DNA of 64,000 nt from Candidatus Hecatella orcuttiae (lineage in GTDB: Archaea; Thermoproteota; Bathyarchaeia; Hecatellales; Hecatellaceae). The stretch lies in assembly GCA_002011035.2 (NCBI GenBank), contig MTLY02000003.1, positions 128,001-192,000 on the forward strand, in the 5' to 3' direction. The notes under the pieces were generated by a model. That model searched no databases. It was not told the DNA's origin and saw only the letters and a list, made by a program, of their open reading frames with translations. Position numbers and translations under genes: made by a program. This document shows, one piece after another, positions 37,752 through 46,848 of this stretch (positions are counted from its first letter, which is position 1; each line of letters opens with the position of its first letter).

Positions 37752-38168
37752 TTATTTCTCCATCAGGCTTGTGAATGTGTCGTGGTGGTTTTCTTCATCC
37801 TCCAGTATCTTTCTGAAAATTCTCGCCGTGGTCACATCTTCTTCATTCTGCGCCGTTTTAATTATCTGCTTGTAAAGCCGGATTGCTCCTTCTTCGTCTT
37901 TTATATCTTGTTTTATCATTTCTTTAAGGGTTTTTCCGACAAAGATGGGCTTAGGTTTGGTTGTAGGTTTTCCTCCCAAGTAAGCCAGTCTTTCAGCGAT
38001 TTCTTCAGCGTGCTTCATCTCGGTTATAGCTATGCTTCTCAGCTCATCCTTCACGGCGAAACCTTCTACCCCCGCCCAGAGGATATGCTGCCACATATAC
38101 TGGATTGATACCTGTAACTCTCTTGCCACTGCTTCATTCAACAAATCCAGCAATTTTTTTGATACCAT
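37752..38168 (-). CDS. Short bacterioferritin-like protein
   Basis: Ferroxidase pattern: E..QY, EMKHAE, E..AIRLY, DEENH. Confidence 0.85.
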   Translation of the reverse strand: MVSKKLLDLLNEAVARELQVSIQYMWQHILWAGVEGFAVKDELRSIAITEMKHAEEIAERLAYLGGKPTTKPKPIFVGKTLKEMIKQDIKDEEGAIRLYKQIIKTAQNEEDVTTARIFRKILEDEENHHDTFTSLMEK

Positions 38169-38334
38169 ATTCTAACCTCACCTTATACTCCGAAATAGGC
38201 GCGATTTGTTTTTAAGATTTTCTATCACCTGCCCGCAACAAAGATAATCAAGCAGAAAGACTCCTCTCCTGGAGTGAAAGATAATAATCCCCGCCGCTTA
38301 ATATACTCCAAGGAAGCATATTCGAGGTTTCACC

Positions 38335-38754
38335 ATGGTCTATAGAAGGCTTTCCGTCGTAGACGTCGACCTCTGTGTAGGCTGCCAGTGTTGCATGTTT
38401 GCTTGCAACAGAAGGTTTGCCGAAGCAGGTCTATCTAGGTCGGCAATTCACGTCAGATCTGCTGGAGGGTTTGAAAGAGGCTTCGTGGTAACGGTTTGCA
38501 GAGCCTGCCCAGATCCCCCTTGCATGAAGGTTTGCCCCACCAACGCTTTGGAGCTCAGAAAACATGGGGGCGTCATTCTCAAGCCGGAAAAGTGCATCGG
38601 ATGCCAGAACTGTGTTGAAGCCTGCACCATCGGGGCTATCTTCTGGAATAAAGTTGAAGCCAAGCCTGTTATCTGCGTCTATTGCGGCTACTGCGCTGAC
38701 TTCTGCGCCTTCGGGGTTCTGAAAGCTGAACCCTTGGAGGGGGAAAAGAAATGA
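38335..38754 (+). CDS. 4Fe-4S ferredoxin-type small subunit of the adjacent oxidoreductase
   Basis: CVGCQCCMFAC, CRACPDPPCMKVCP, CIGCQNCVEAC, CVYCGYCADFC; 4-bp overlap with the AOR gene. Confidence 0.9.
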   Translation: MVYRRLSVVDVDLCVGCQCCMFACNRRFAEAGLSRSAIHVRSAGGFERGFVVTVCRACPDPPCMKVCPTNALELRKHGGVILKPEKCIGCQNCVEACTIGAIFWNKVEAKPVICVYCGYCADFCAFGVLKAEPLEGEKK

Positions 38755-40514
38755 TGGAAGAAGATTCCCTCAGCCGGATTCTCTATGTGGATCTGTCAAG
38801 GCGGAGGTTCTGGGTTAAGGAAAGGCCTGAGCTTTTTGAAAAGTGGCTGGGGGGCGCAGGAGTCGCCATCCAACTGCTCAAGGAAGAATGCCCCAAGGAT
38901 GCTGACCCCTTCGGTCCGGAAAACCCTGTGATTTTCGCCGTGGGCCCCTTGAACGGGCTTTTTCCAATAGCCTCCAAAACCGCAGCCATGTTTAAGTCTC
39001 CTCTCACAGGCAATCTGGGTGAAAGTTATGCGGGAGGCAGAAGCTCCATCGCCCTACGGATGGCCGGCTACGGTGCGTTGGTGATTAAAGGCTCCAGCGA
39101 AACACCTGTTTACCTTGCAGTTCACGAGGAGGATGTCCATTTCAGGGAAGCTTCAGTCCTTTGGGGAATGCGCAGCAGCTACACGGTTGGGCGGGTGATA
39201 AGAGGAAGGGAGCCGGCGGCTGGAGTGAGAACCATCATGCGCATCGGGAGAGCAGGGGAAAAACTAGTTTCCTACGCCTGCCTGGTCACCGAAACCTACA
39301 GACATTTCGGCAGACTGGGGCTGGGAGCAGTCTTCGGCAGCAAAAAGCTGAAAGCCTTAACCATCTCCGGAAAGCGTTCCTTCAAGTTCAAGAAACCCCG
39401 ACAGTACCGGGAGGTCTACGACAAAATCTTCGAGCAACTTGTCACATCTCCCGCGATGAAAAAATACCATGAACTGGGCACGGCTATGAACATCGGCCCG
39501 CTGAACGAGATGAAAGCTCTGCCCACCAAAAACCTGTCATCGGCTTCGTTTGAAAAGGCAGAGGACATCTCGGGGGAAAGTTTTGCTGAAAAATATCTAG
39601 GCCGAAGGGTGGCCTGCGCCCACTGCCCTGTTAGCTGCGTCCACATCGCTGCCTTGAGGGAACCCTACGAAACTGAGCCCTACTTCTACAAGACCAAGAT
39701 GATCTCCTACGACTACGAGCTTATCTACGCCTTGGGTTCCATGCTTGAGATACCTTCTCCACCAGAGGTTCTGAAACTTATCGACGAAGTGGAAACCTTC
39801 GGCTTGGACGCCATGAGCACCGGTGTAGCCTTGGCTTGGGCGACGGAAATGCAGGAAAGAGGATTGATAACAGAGACAGAGCTCTCCGGCCTCAGGCTGA
39901 GATGGGGCGACGCTGAAGCCTATACTAAGGCCATTCAGATGCTGGTGGAGCAGCCCAACGATTTCTTTCGAGCCTTAGCCCGCGGTGTCGACTACGCTTC
40001 TTTAAAGTACGGAGGCTCGGAGTATGCTCTAGCCTTCGGAGGTAATGAGATGCCCGGCTACCACACCGGCCCGGCGGCGCATGTAGGCTATCTTGTGGGC
40101 GCGCGTCACAGCCACCTAGACGGCAGTGGGTACAGTATCGACCAAAAGTGGAGCGCGGCTGGAAGACAGCCTACAGCGGAGGATGTTGCAGCTGCCCTGA
40201 TCTCGGAGGAGATATGGCGGCAGATACTTTCCAGCCTTGTAATATGCTATTTTGGCAGAGGAGTCTACACGCAGGAAATCGTGGTTGAAGCTCTGAATGT
40301 AGCTGGGTATCCGGTGAGCTACCAAGAGTTGATGAAACTGGGGGCTGAGATCCTGAAAGCCAAGTATGAGTTCAAGTTCAGTCAAGGCTTCAGCTTCGAG
40401 GGGCTGAAGGTGCCAAAACGAGTTTTAGAGACGCCTACTCCCTTGGGCTTTATTTCCGAGGACTTTATCAGAGAAAGTGTAAACCTTTACAGGAGAAAAC
40501 TGGAAAGCTTATGA
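38751..40514 (+). CDS. Aldehyde:ferredoxin oxidoreductase family (tungstopterin) large subunit
   Basis: KSPLTG, GRLGLGAVFGSKKLKA, CAHCPVSC, GLDAMSTG, ICYF. Confidence 0.9.
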   Translation: MMEEDSLSRILYVDLSRRRFWVKERPELFEKWLGGAGVAIQLLKEECPKDADPFGPENPVIFAVGPLNGLFPIASKTAAMFKSPLTGNLGESYAGGRSSIALRMAGYGALVIKGSSETPVYLAVHEEDVHFREASVLWGMRSSYTVGRVIRGREPAAGVRTIMRIGRAGEKLVSYACLVTETYRHFGRLGLGAVFGSKKLKALTISGKRSFKFKKPRQYREVYDKIFEQLVTSPAMKKYHELGTAMNIGPLNEMKALPTKNLSSASFEKAEDISGESFAEKYLGRRVACAHCPVSCVHIAALREPYETEPYFYKTKMISYDYELIYALGSMLEIPSPPEVLKLIDEVETFGLDAMSTGVALAWATEMQERGLITETELSGLRLRWGDAEAYTKAIQMLVEQPNDFFRALARGVDYASLKYGGSEYALAFGGNEMPGYHTGPAAHVGYLVGARHSHLDGSGYSIDQKWSAAGRQPTAEDVAAALISEEIWRQILSSLVICYFGRGVYTQEIVVEALNVAGYPVSYQELMKLGAEILKAKYEFKFSQGFSFEGLKVPKRVLETPTPLGFISEDFIRESVNLYRRKLESL

Positions 40515-40613
40515 GGGCGTCGAGGCTTAAACGGCTTGGTTGGTGGAAAAGATTTATGGGCAGCCAAGCATCTGTGAATACACTTTGCAAGGCAGGATTG
40601 AGGGGGAGAAAAA

Positions 40614-41246
40614 TTGACATCCGCAGAAACCTATGAGTACCTGCTGCCCTTGGAAAGCTTGGTGGTTTCAGGCATTCAGATAGGCACGAAAATCAAAACC
40701 AAGCATATGGAGCCCTACATCTACAGGGTGAGGCCTGACGGCCTGTTCATCATCGACACCCGAAAAACCGATGAAAGAGTCAGGATAGCAGCTAAATTTA
40801 TGGCTACTTTTCCCCCCAGCAGTATAGCTGTGGTTTCCTTTCGTCTCTACGGGCAGACGCCTGTGGCTAAATTCTGCGAAGTAACAGGTTGCGTTCCTAT
40901 CTTAGGACGGTTCCCCCCAGGCGCTTTCACTAACCCCCTCTGCCCCAGCTACATGGAGCCTCAGCTGGTGATGGTCACAGACCCTGCTGCCGATGAGCAG
41001 GCGATAGGGGAAGCATCCAAGATCGGCTTGCCTGTCATCGCCCTCTGTGACACCGACAATGTTGTTGAGAACATCGACCTCGTCATCCCCACCAACAACA
41101 AAGGGAGGAAAGCCTTGGCCATGGTTTACTGGCTTCTAGCCAGACAGGTTCTACGGGAGAGAGGGGCTATCTCCACGGACGGCAACCTCTCGGTGCCAGT
41201 TGAAGATTTCGAGACCAAGCTTACCGAGAGTAAGGAAGAAACTTAG
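40614..41246 (+). CDS. rps2: 30S ribosomal protein uS2
   Basis: IGTKIKT, YIYRVRPDGL, GRFPPGAFTNP, ALCDTDN, IPTNNKGRKALA. Confidence 0.96.
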   Translation: MTSAETYEYLLPLESLVVSGIQIGTKIKTKHMEPYIYRVRPDGLFIIDTRKTDERVRIAAKFMATFPPSSIAVVSFRLYGQTPVAKFCEVTGCVPILGRFPPGAFTNPLCPSYMEPQLVMVTDPAADEQAIGEASKIGLPVIALCDTDNVVENIDLVIPTNNKGRKALAMVYWLLARQVLRERGAISTDGNLSVPVEDFETKLTESKEET

Positions 41247-41376
41247 TCGTCAGGGGCAAACCGCGGCTTCCAGCTTTTTGGTGCTTGTTGCTTCTTTTCC
41301 GGGTTAGAGTCTCTGGTTAAATATAAATACTTGTAATACTTTCAGGTTAACAAGTAATATCATGCCGGGTTGAAAA

Positions 41377-42063
41377 TTGGAAGCAGAACTGCTTTTAGTT
41401 CTTTCCCTCGGTTTTGTGCTGGGATTAGAACATTCAGCCGACGCAGACCATGTAGTGGCAGTGTCCACCATCGTTAGCAAGAACAAAAGTCTAGTGAAGT
41501 CTTCGATCCTCGGCACCTTGTGGGGAGTCGGACATACCTTCACCCTGTTGGTGGCAGGATTCACCGTTTTACTCTTCAAAGTTACCCTATCCGACATGAT
41601 GAGATTTCCGTTCGAATTTGCCGTGGGAATCATGCTGGTGGCGCTGGGGGTTTCAGTCCTCAGAAGAAGCCTATGGGACAGGGTTCATTTCCACCGCCAC
41701 ACCCATGGTGCGCAGTCACACATTCATCTCCACTCCCACAGAGCTGGGGAAAGCCACGACCATAAACACACGCCGCTCCTCATAGGCATGATTCACGGCT
41801 TAGCGGGAAGCGCTGTGTTGCTTCTGTTGGTGCTTTCAACTCTGGATTCCCTGTTCCTCGGCTTGGTGTACATCCTCGTTTTCGGGGTGGGTTCCATCTT
41901 AGGCATGATGGGCTTGAGCGCCGTCATCAGCCTGCCCTTCATACTTTCAGCTGAACGCTCCGCAAAGCTGAACCGGTGTCTGAGGGCTATGTCAGGCTTC
42001 TTGAGCATCGGGCTGGGAATTCTAATAGTCCTAAAGGAGTTGAATCTAGTAGGAGTCTTCTAG
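41377..42063 (+). CDS. NiCoT/UreH-like nickel-cobalt permease
   Basis: GLEHSADADHVVAV, WGVGHT, His-rich loop, GMIHGLAGSA. Confidence 0.82.
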   Translation: MEAELLLVLSLGFVLGLEHSADADHVVAVSTIVSKNKSLVKSSILGTLWGVGHTFTLLVAGFTVLLFKVTLSDMMRFPFEFAVGIMLVALGVSVLRRSLWDRVHFHRHTHGAQSHIHLHSHRAGESHDHKHTPLLIGMIHGLAGSAVLLLLVLSTLDSLFLGLVYILVFGVGSILGMMGLSAVISLPFILSAERSAKLNRCLRAMSGFLSIGLGILIVLKELNLVGVF

Positions 42064-42154
42064 ACAGGCTGGGATAGGCCGCCATATTTAATTGGAGAAC
42101 AGTTTTATATTCGCCAGTTTTCTTTTCGTTAGAAAGGGACGGAGGTTAGAAATT

Positions 42155-42439
42155 ATGGTTAACATCAGAAGGCTGGTCATCGATTCCCTCATGCCTAGGG
42201 ACAGCTCCATCATAGACCTTTCCCAGGCCATCTGCCGGGTTGAAGGGGTTGAGGAGGTTGACATATCCGTCATGGAGGTGGATGTAAAAACCGAGACCAT
42301 CAAGCTCACCATCCGAGGGGCGAACATCAACTACGATGAACTCTGCAAAGTAATGAACGACCACGGCACGGCCATAAGAAGCATCGACGAGATAAACGTG
42401 GCTAGGAAAAAAATATCAACCCCCTCCCAGCCTACCTGA
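42155..42439 (+). CDS. DUF211 family protein
   Basis: IRRLVID..P, VDVKTETIKLTIRG, AIRSIDEI; GGAGG at 42141 before the ATG at 42155. Confidence 0.8.
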   Translation: MVNIRRLVIDSLMPRDSSIIDLSQAICRVEGVEEVDISVMEVDVKTETIKLTIRGANINYDELCKVMNDHGTAIRSIDEINVARKKISTPSQPT

Positions 42440-42537
42440 GGCTGAGGAAAGCCCGGGACAGCTGCGAAGACGCTTTTCCCTTGAAAGCGTTGCTTAGGGT
42501 TCAGAAAAGCGTCCGGCCGGATGGAAACACTGCCGAT

Positions 42538-43725
42538 TTATTCTACGTGGACACGGTAGAGGTCCATGTCCTCTCCCAGCAGGGAGAGAAATTCTCTGGC
42601 AGACCTTTTAGGGTCTTTAGACTGAGTTATGTATCTTCCTACCACGATGATGTCAGCGCCAGCTTGGACGGCTTGGTGTACGTTTGAAGGGCGGATACCC
42701 CCGGCTACGCCCACCAAGAGCTTCTTTTTCCCCTTAGGGGCTTCTTTGATTTCCGCTATCTGGTCCCACCGGGTTTTTTCCCCTCTCCCCACGTCTATGC
42801 TTTCATGGAGGATGACCACGTCCGGAGGTTCTTTCAGAGCTTTAATTTTCTCCACGGGGTGAGGAACATTCATCATATCGATAAAGGAGTAGATCCCCAG
42901 CCTAGCGGCTTCGTAGATGAAAAGGTTCAGGGTTTCATTGCTGGCAAGGCCTGAGGCCACCACTCCGTCGGCGGTTTCGTCGAAGGCTAGGTTAACCTCC
43001 ACCTGCCCCACGTCCAAGGTTTTAAAGTCGGCTACGACGAAGGTTTCCTTGGCAATTTCCTTGATGGCTCGAATAACCTTGGCACCGTACCTTTTGATCA
43101 AAGGTGTGCCCGCCTCCAAGATAAGCCGGTCGCTGAGGGGAAGTTCCGCCAAGATGGTCTTAGTCCTTTCAAGGTCGGGTATGTCTAAGGCCACCTGCAG
43201 ATAGGGGGGCATCCACAGCCTCGGAACCCTGAAGCCCATGATGGGATGCTTGGCTCTGTCCTTGTCGTACATGATCTTCTCCAAAGGCGGGTAGCCGGCG
43301 AGGGCTCTTTTCAAAGCCAGTTTGGTCGCCCCATAATTGTAATGGTATATTTTCCTCAAGTCTTGAGCCTCAGGGTGGACGAAGACGCTGCACAGTATAA
43401 CCCAGTCTTCCACCTTCTCCGCTGGGATGACGCCTTCTTCCACAGCGTCGGCTACAGCCTTAGCCACAGCCGCCTGAGCTGGGCCGAATACTTTTTCCAC
43501 CTGAGTGGACTCTTCGATGGTGACCTTGGGGACGATGAGAGTGAAGGGTTTAGGGGGAAGATTAGGCCTTATGACGGCTAGGAGAGGCGTGTGCCCCGCG
43601 GAAACGTTGGTTAACCCCGCGGCGAAGGCCTGCCCCACTGGGCTTTCCTTGTCTCCGATGATGAGGTCTATGTGGGCTACCTCAGCGCCTTCTCCCACCA
43701 AGGCTTCTCCTATAAAATAATCCAA
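42538..43725 (-). CDS. fae-hps: Bifunctional formaldehyde-activating enzyme / 3-hexulose-6-phosphate synthase
   Basis: N-terminal Fae (GEALVGEG.EVAHIDL, GHTPLLAV, FGPAQAAVA, NYGATK); C-terminal HPS (LQVALD, EAGTPLIK, DFKTLD, VAGGI, IVVGR). Confidence 0.93.
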   Translation of the reverse strand: MDYFIGEALVGEGAEVAHIDLIIGDKESPVGQAFAAGLTNVSAGHTPLLAVIRPNLPPKPFTLIVPKVTIEESTQVEKVFGPAQAAVAKAVADAVEEGVIPAEKVEDWVILCSVFVHPEAQDLRKIYHYNYGATKLALKRALAGYPPLEKIMYDKDRAKHPIMGFRVPRLWMPPYLQVALDIPDLERTKTILAELPLSDRLILEAGTPLIKRYGAKVIRAIKEIAKETFVVADFKTLDVGQVEVNLAFDETADGVVASGLASNETLNLFIYEAARLGIYSFIDMMNVPHPVEKIKALKEPPDVVILHESIDVGRGEKTRWDQIAEIKEAPKGKKKLLVGVAGGIRPSNVHQAVQAGADIIVVGRYITQSKDPKRSAREFLSLLGEDMDLYRVHVE

Positions 43726-43840
43726 ACCACGGGCACCTCTTCGAGTGAGAGAATAATATTAGGTCCAAACCTATAAATACCTCTAGCTTTTAAAGGGCCT
43801 TGGAATCTGGATGACGGCGGGGGCGTAGGCTTCGGGAGGC

Positions 43841-44506
43841 ATTGACCTCGGGGTAAGAGTCTACGAGCTTCGATCCCCCAAGGAGGGGCCCACAAGGCTT
43901 TTCCTAGGCGGTTTACACGGCCGGGAGGGGAAGACCGCTAAGCCCATTTTGATGAGGGTGGCGGCGGACGGTGTTCCCTCCAGTGGAAGGACGATAATCA
44001 TCCCCACTCTCTCCATGGGTAAAAAATACCTCAGTACTCTTCAGGAGAGCTACTATGAAACCGAGGAAGGTGCTAAGGTTCTGTCACTAATTCGGGAGTA
44101 TAATCCCTCCATCTACGTGGAGCTTCACTGTTATCGACACTCGGCTTTCTCATCCCTGACCAGTTTGGAGAGACTCAGCAAGACGGGAGTGCCGCCCATG
44201 GTCGAACTGGAAGAGAAGATGCTTCTCGGAAGCGTGTCTCCACACCTGCTTTCTAGATTTAAATTCGAATTTTCCTTGGTATTGGAGGTTCCTTGCCGAG
44301 CTTCCCTCAAGACGAAGATGAAAGCCCTCCGACTGTTGAATTTCATAAAAAACTCCGAAAATTGGAGAGCGGTTTTAGAAAAATTCAAAACGGAGTACCC
44401 TCATCAACTGGAGAAAGCTTCGAGGCTTCTTCGAGGCTGGCTTCCCGAAGGCGTAGGCGCGCGGGGCCCGCCAACTAAAAGTAACTCGGAGAACGCTTTT
44501 ATCTAG
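43841..44506 (+). CDS. DUF2119 family protein (zinc-carboxypeptidase-like motifs); start unresolved
   Basis: Frame open from 43829 encodes RLFLGGLHGREG upstream of the track start (43949), then YLSTL..YY, YVELHCY, GVPPMVELE, LLGSVSP. Confidence 0.7.
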   Translation: MDLGVRVYELRSPKEGPTRLFLGGLHGREGKTAKPILMRVAADGVPSSGRTIIIPTLSMGKKYLSTLQESYYETEEGAKVLSLIREYNPSIYVELHCYRHSAFSSLTSLERLSKTGVPPMVELEEKMLLGSVSPHLLSRFKFEFSLVLEVPCRASLKTKMKALRLLNFIKNSENWRAVLEKFKTEYPHQLEKASRLLRGWLPEGVGARGPPTKSNSENAFI

Positions 44507-44529
44507 AGGCTGAAAGGGCTGATTGTAGG

Positions 44530-45843
44530 TTGGTCTCCCTAACCTTCTACGGCGGCGTCGGCGAAATAGGCGGCAACAAGATTCTCATAGAAAGCGGAGA
44601 GGACAGAATTCTCCTCGACTTCGGCATGTCCTTCGCTCTCAGGAGAAAATTTTACTACACTTTCCTATGTCCCAAAACAGAGAAAAGCCTGCTGGAGTTC
44701 GGTTTGCTGCCGAGGCTGAAAGGCGTCTACAGGTTCGATAGGTCTGAGCCCAGCTTGAACGGGGTTTTCCTCTCCCACTCCCACCTAGACCATGCCGGTT
44801 ATGTTTCTTTTCTGAAGAGGGAGATCCCTATCTTCTGCGGGGAAACCACGGCCACCATTCTCAAGGCTTTAATGGAGCTGAGGGGAAGAGACCTCGAATT
44901 CGACCTAGAAGGTTTAGAGTTCAAGACGTTCAGAACCGGGAAGAAAATTCGGCTTGGCAGCTTGGAAATAGAGCCGATTCACGTGGACCACTCTGTTCCA
45001 GGCGCCTACGGACTCATAGTTCACACGGAGGAGGGTTCCGTCGTCTACACTGGAGACTTCCGACTTCATGGCTCCCGGCCGGAGATGACGGAAGAGTTCC
45101 TCCGCAAGGCAGGGGAAGCAGACCCTCAGGCAGTCATCGTAGAGGGGACAAACGTGGTGGGGGCTGAGATGTCTTCGGAGGCGGAGGTTTCAGCGAAGCT
45201 GGAGAAACTCGTCCAGAAAACCTCAGGTCTAGTGTTAGCGGACTTCGCAGTAGGGGATCTTGACAGACTCAGGTCCTTCCACGGAGTGGCTGAAAAAACC
45301 GGGAGGCAGCTGGCTGTCACCCTAAAACAGGCTCATCTCCTCAGGAGGCTCGGCGGAGACCCGCACCTGAAGGTCCCCTGCTTGGAGGACGGCTGTTTGC
45401 TGGTTTTCAAAAGGAGCAAAAAACGGTATGCCCCTTGGGAGCAGGCTTTGATGGAGCTGGACAACGTCGTTGACCCGGCGGGAGTCGCTGCGAATCAGGG
45501 AAAGATTATCCTCTCCACCTCCTTCTACAGCCTCGGCGAGCTTTTGGAGATAAACCCCAAAGCCGGAAGCTGCTATGTGCTCTCCTCCTCGGAGCCTGTC
45601 ACAGAGGAGGGGGAAATCGAATTCGACAGGCTGGTTAACTGGCTGGACCACTACGGTCTACCTCAATACCACATCCACGTCTCAGGACACGCCCTGCCCC
45701 ACCAGCTGAAGGAGGCGGTGGAGGCCATGGGAGCCAAAAAGGTTTTTCCCATCCACTGCGAACACCCGAAACTCTTTCGGAGGTTTCTGGGAACCAAGGT
45801 TAACGTCAAATTGGTGGAGAAAAATAGGGTTTATTCCATTTAG
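44530..45843 (+). CDS. Metallo-beta-lactamase / beta-CASP hydrolase (RNase J-like)
   Basis: GGVGEIGGN, LDFG, SHSHLDH, VDHS, YTGDFR, HVSGHA, PIHCEH. Confidence 0.85.
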   Translation: MVSLTFYGGVGEIGGNKILIESGEDRILLDFGMSFALRRKFYYTFLCPKTEKSLLEFGLLPRLKGVYRFDRSEPSLNGVFLSHSHLDHAGYVSFLKREIPIFCGETTATILKALMELRGRDLEFDLEGLEFKTFRTGKKIRLGSLEIEPIHVDHSVPGAYGLIVHTEEGSVVYTGDFRLHGSRPEMTEEFLRKAGEADPQAVIVEGTNVVGAEMSSEAEVSAKLEKLVQKTSGLVLADFAVGDLDRLRSFHGVAEKTGRQLAVTLKQAHLLRRLGGDPHLKVPCLEDGCLLVFKRSKKRYAPWEQALMELDNVVDPAGVAANQGKIILSTSFYSLGELLEINPKAGSCYVLSSSEPVTEEGEIEFDRLVNWLDHYGLPQYHIHVSGHALPHQLKEAVEAMGAKKVFPIHCEHPKLFRRFLGTKVNVKLVEKNRVYSI

Positions 45844-46820
45844 GCTAGCCCGGCTTTCTTCAGCAAAGCGCCACGTCTGCTTACCCGTGAGTAGTAGACG
45901 AGTCCTCCGGTTTCCTCCTCTAGGAAAACTTGAGCCTCCTCTTTCAACCTCTCCGCCTGAGGCTTTCCTCGGATGAAGCCGTAGACAGCCGGCCCGAAGG
46001 AACTCATTCCCGCACCCAAAGCTCCTTTTTCCAGCATGAAATCGATAATCTGCCGGACGATCGGAGCTTGAAGCTGGTGCTCGATCTTCTTGAAGCCTAT
46101 CCCCTGAATTTCGGTGAGGGCTGCTCCGAAGCTGGAGGCGTCGCCCTCCACCAGCGACGGCCAAAGCTTCATCAGGATAATCCGGGCCAGCTTGTCCACT
46201 TCCCGGGATGGGAGGGGGCAGTAAGTCTTGAAGACTTCAACCTCCTGACGCCCATGCTGGCCTCTTGAGACATCAGGAACAGCGACCACGAAAAACCAGT
46301 CTGGAGGCGGATGGACCCTAGCCAAGATGGGAGGCGGGGGCGCCTTGGAAACCCGGGAAGGAAGAAACTCTCGCTTTTGAGCTTCAGCTCCGAAACTGTG
46401 ACCGCCGTCTAGGATAATGCCTCCGGCTTGAAAGGCAGCGACCCCTATGCCGGAGGTTCCCCCTCTTCCCATGAGAGCGGCCAGCTCTGTTACGCTGAGC
46501 TTCAACTCCAAGTACTCCGCCAAAGCTTTCCCCACAGCCAAGGCCAGCTGGGTGGCAGAACCTAAGCCCACATGTTGGGGAATAGAGCTCAAAACTCTGA
46601 TGGAAACTGGAGGTTTTTGATGGAGGTGCTGAACGAACTTTTCAGCGAACCTCCGGCATAGGCCTTGGGCCTCCAGTCTCCGGGAAGGTTCAACCTCAAT
46701 TTCCCAACCGGGGGTCTCCAGGGCTGCGCCTACCCCCCCGTCCACTCTGCCCAGCTCTCCGTTGAGGTCGATGAGGGTGAAATGGAGGCGGGAAGGCGTG
46801 GTAACGGTTATCTTAATCAT
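45840..46820 (-). CDS. mptG: beta-ribofuranosylaminobenzene 5'-phosphate (RFAP) synthase
   Basis: TPSRLHFTLIDL, GRVDGGVG, HVGLGSATQ, GRGGTSGIG, DGGH, GMSSFGP. Confidence 0.92.
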   Translation of the reverse strand: MIKITVTTPSRLHFTLIDLNGELGRVDGGVGAALETPGWEIEVEPSRRLEAQGLCRRFAEKFVQHLHQKPPVSIRVLSSIPQHVGLGSATQLALAVGKALAEYLELKLSVTELAALMGRGGTSGIGVAAFQAGGIILDGGHSFGAEAQKREFLPSRVSKAPPPPILARVHPPPDWFFVVAVPDVSRGQHGRQEVEVFKTYCPLPSREVDKLARIILMKLWPSLVEGDASSFGAALTEIQGIGFKKIEHQLQAPIVRQIIDFMLEKGALGAGMSSFGPAVYGFIRGKPQAERLKEEAQVFLEEETGGLVYYSRVSRRGALLKKAGLA

Positions 46821-46848
46821 TCCATCATCTCCTAACCCGGGGGTGGCT

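Noticed and set aside
43790-43950. GC-rich apparent intergenic stretch considered as a structured ncRNA
   Set aside because: It encodes the in-frame DUF2119 N-terminal motif RLFLGGLHGREG
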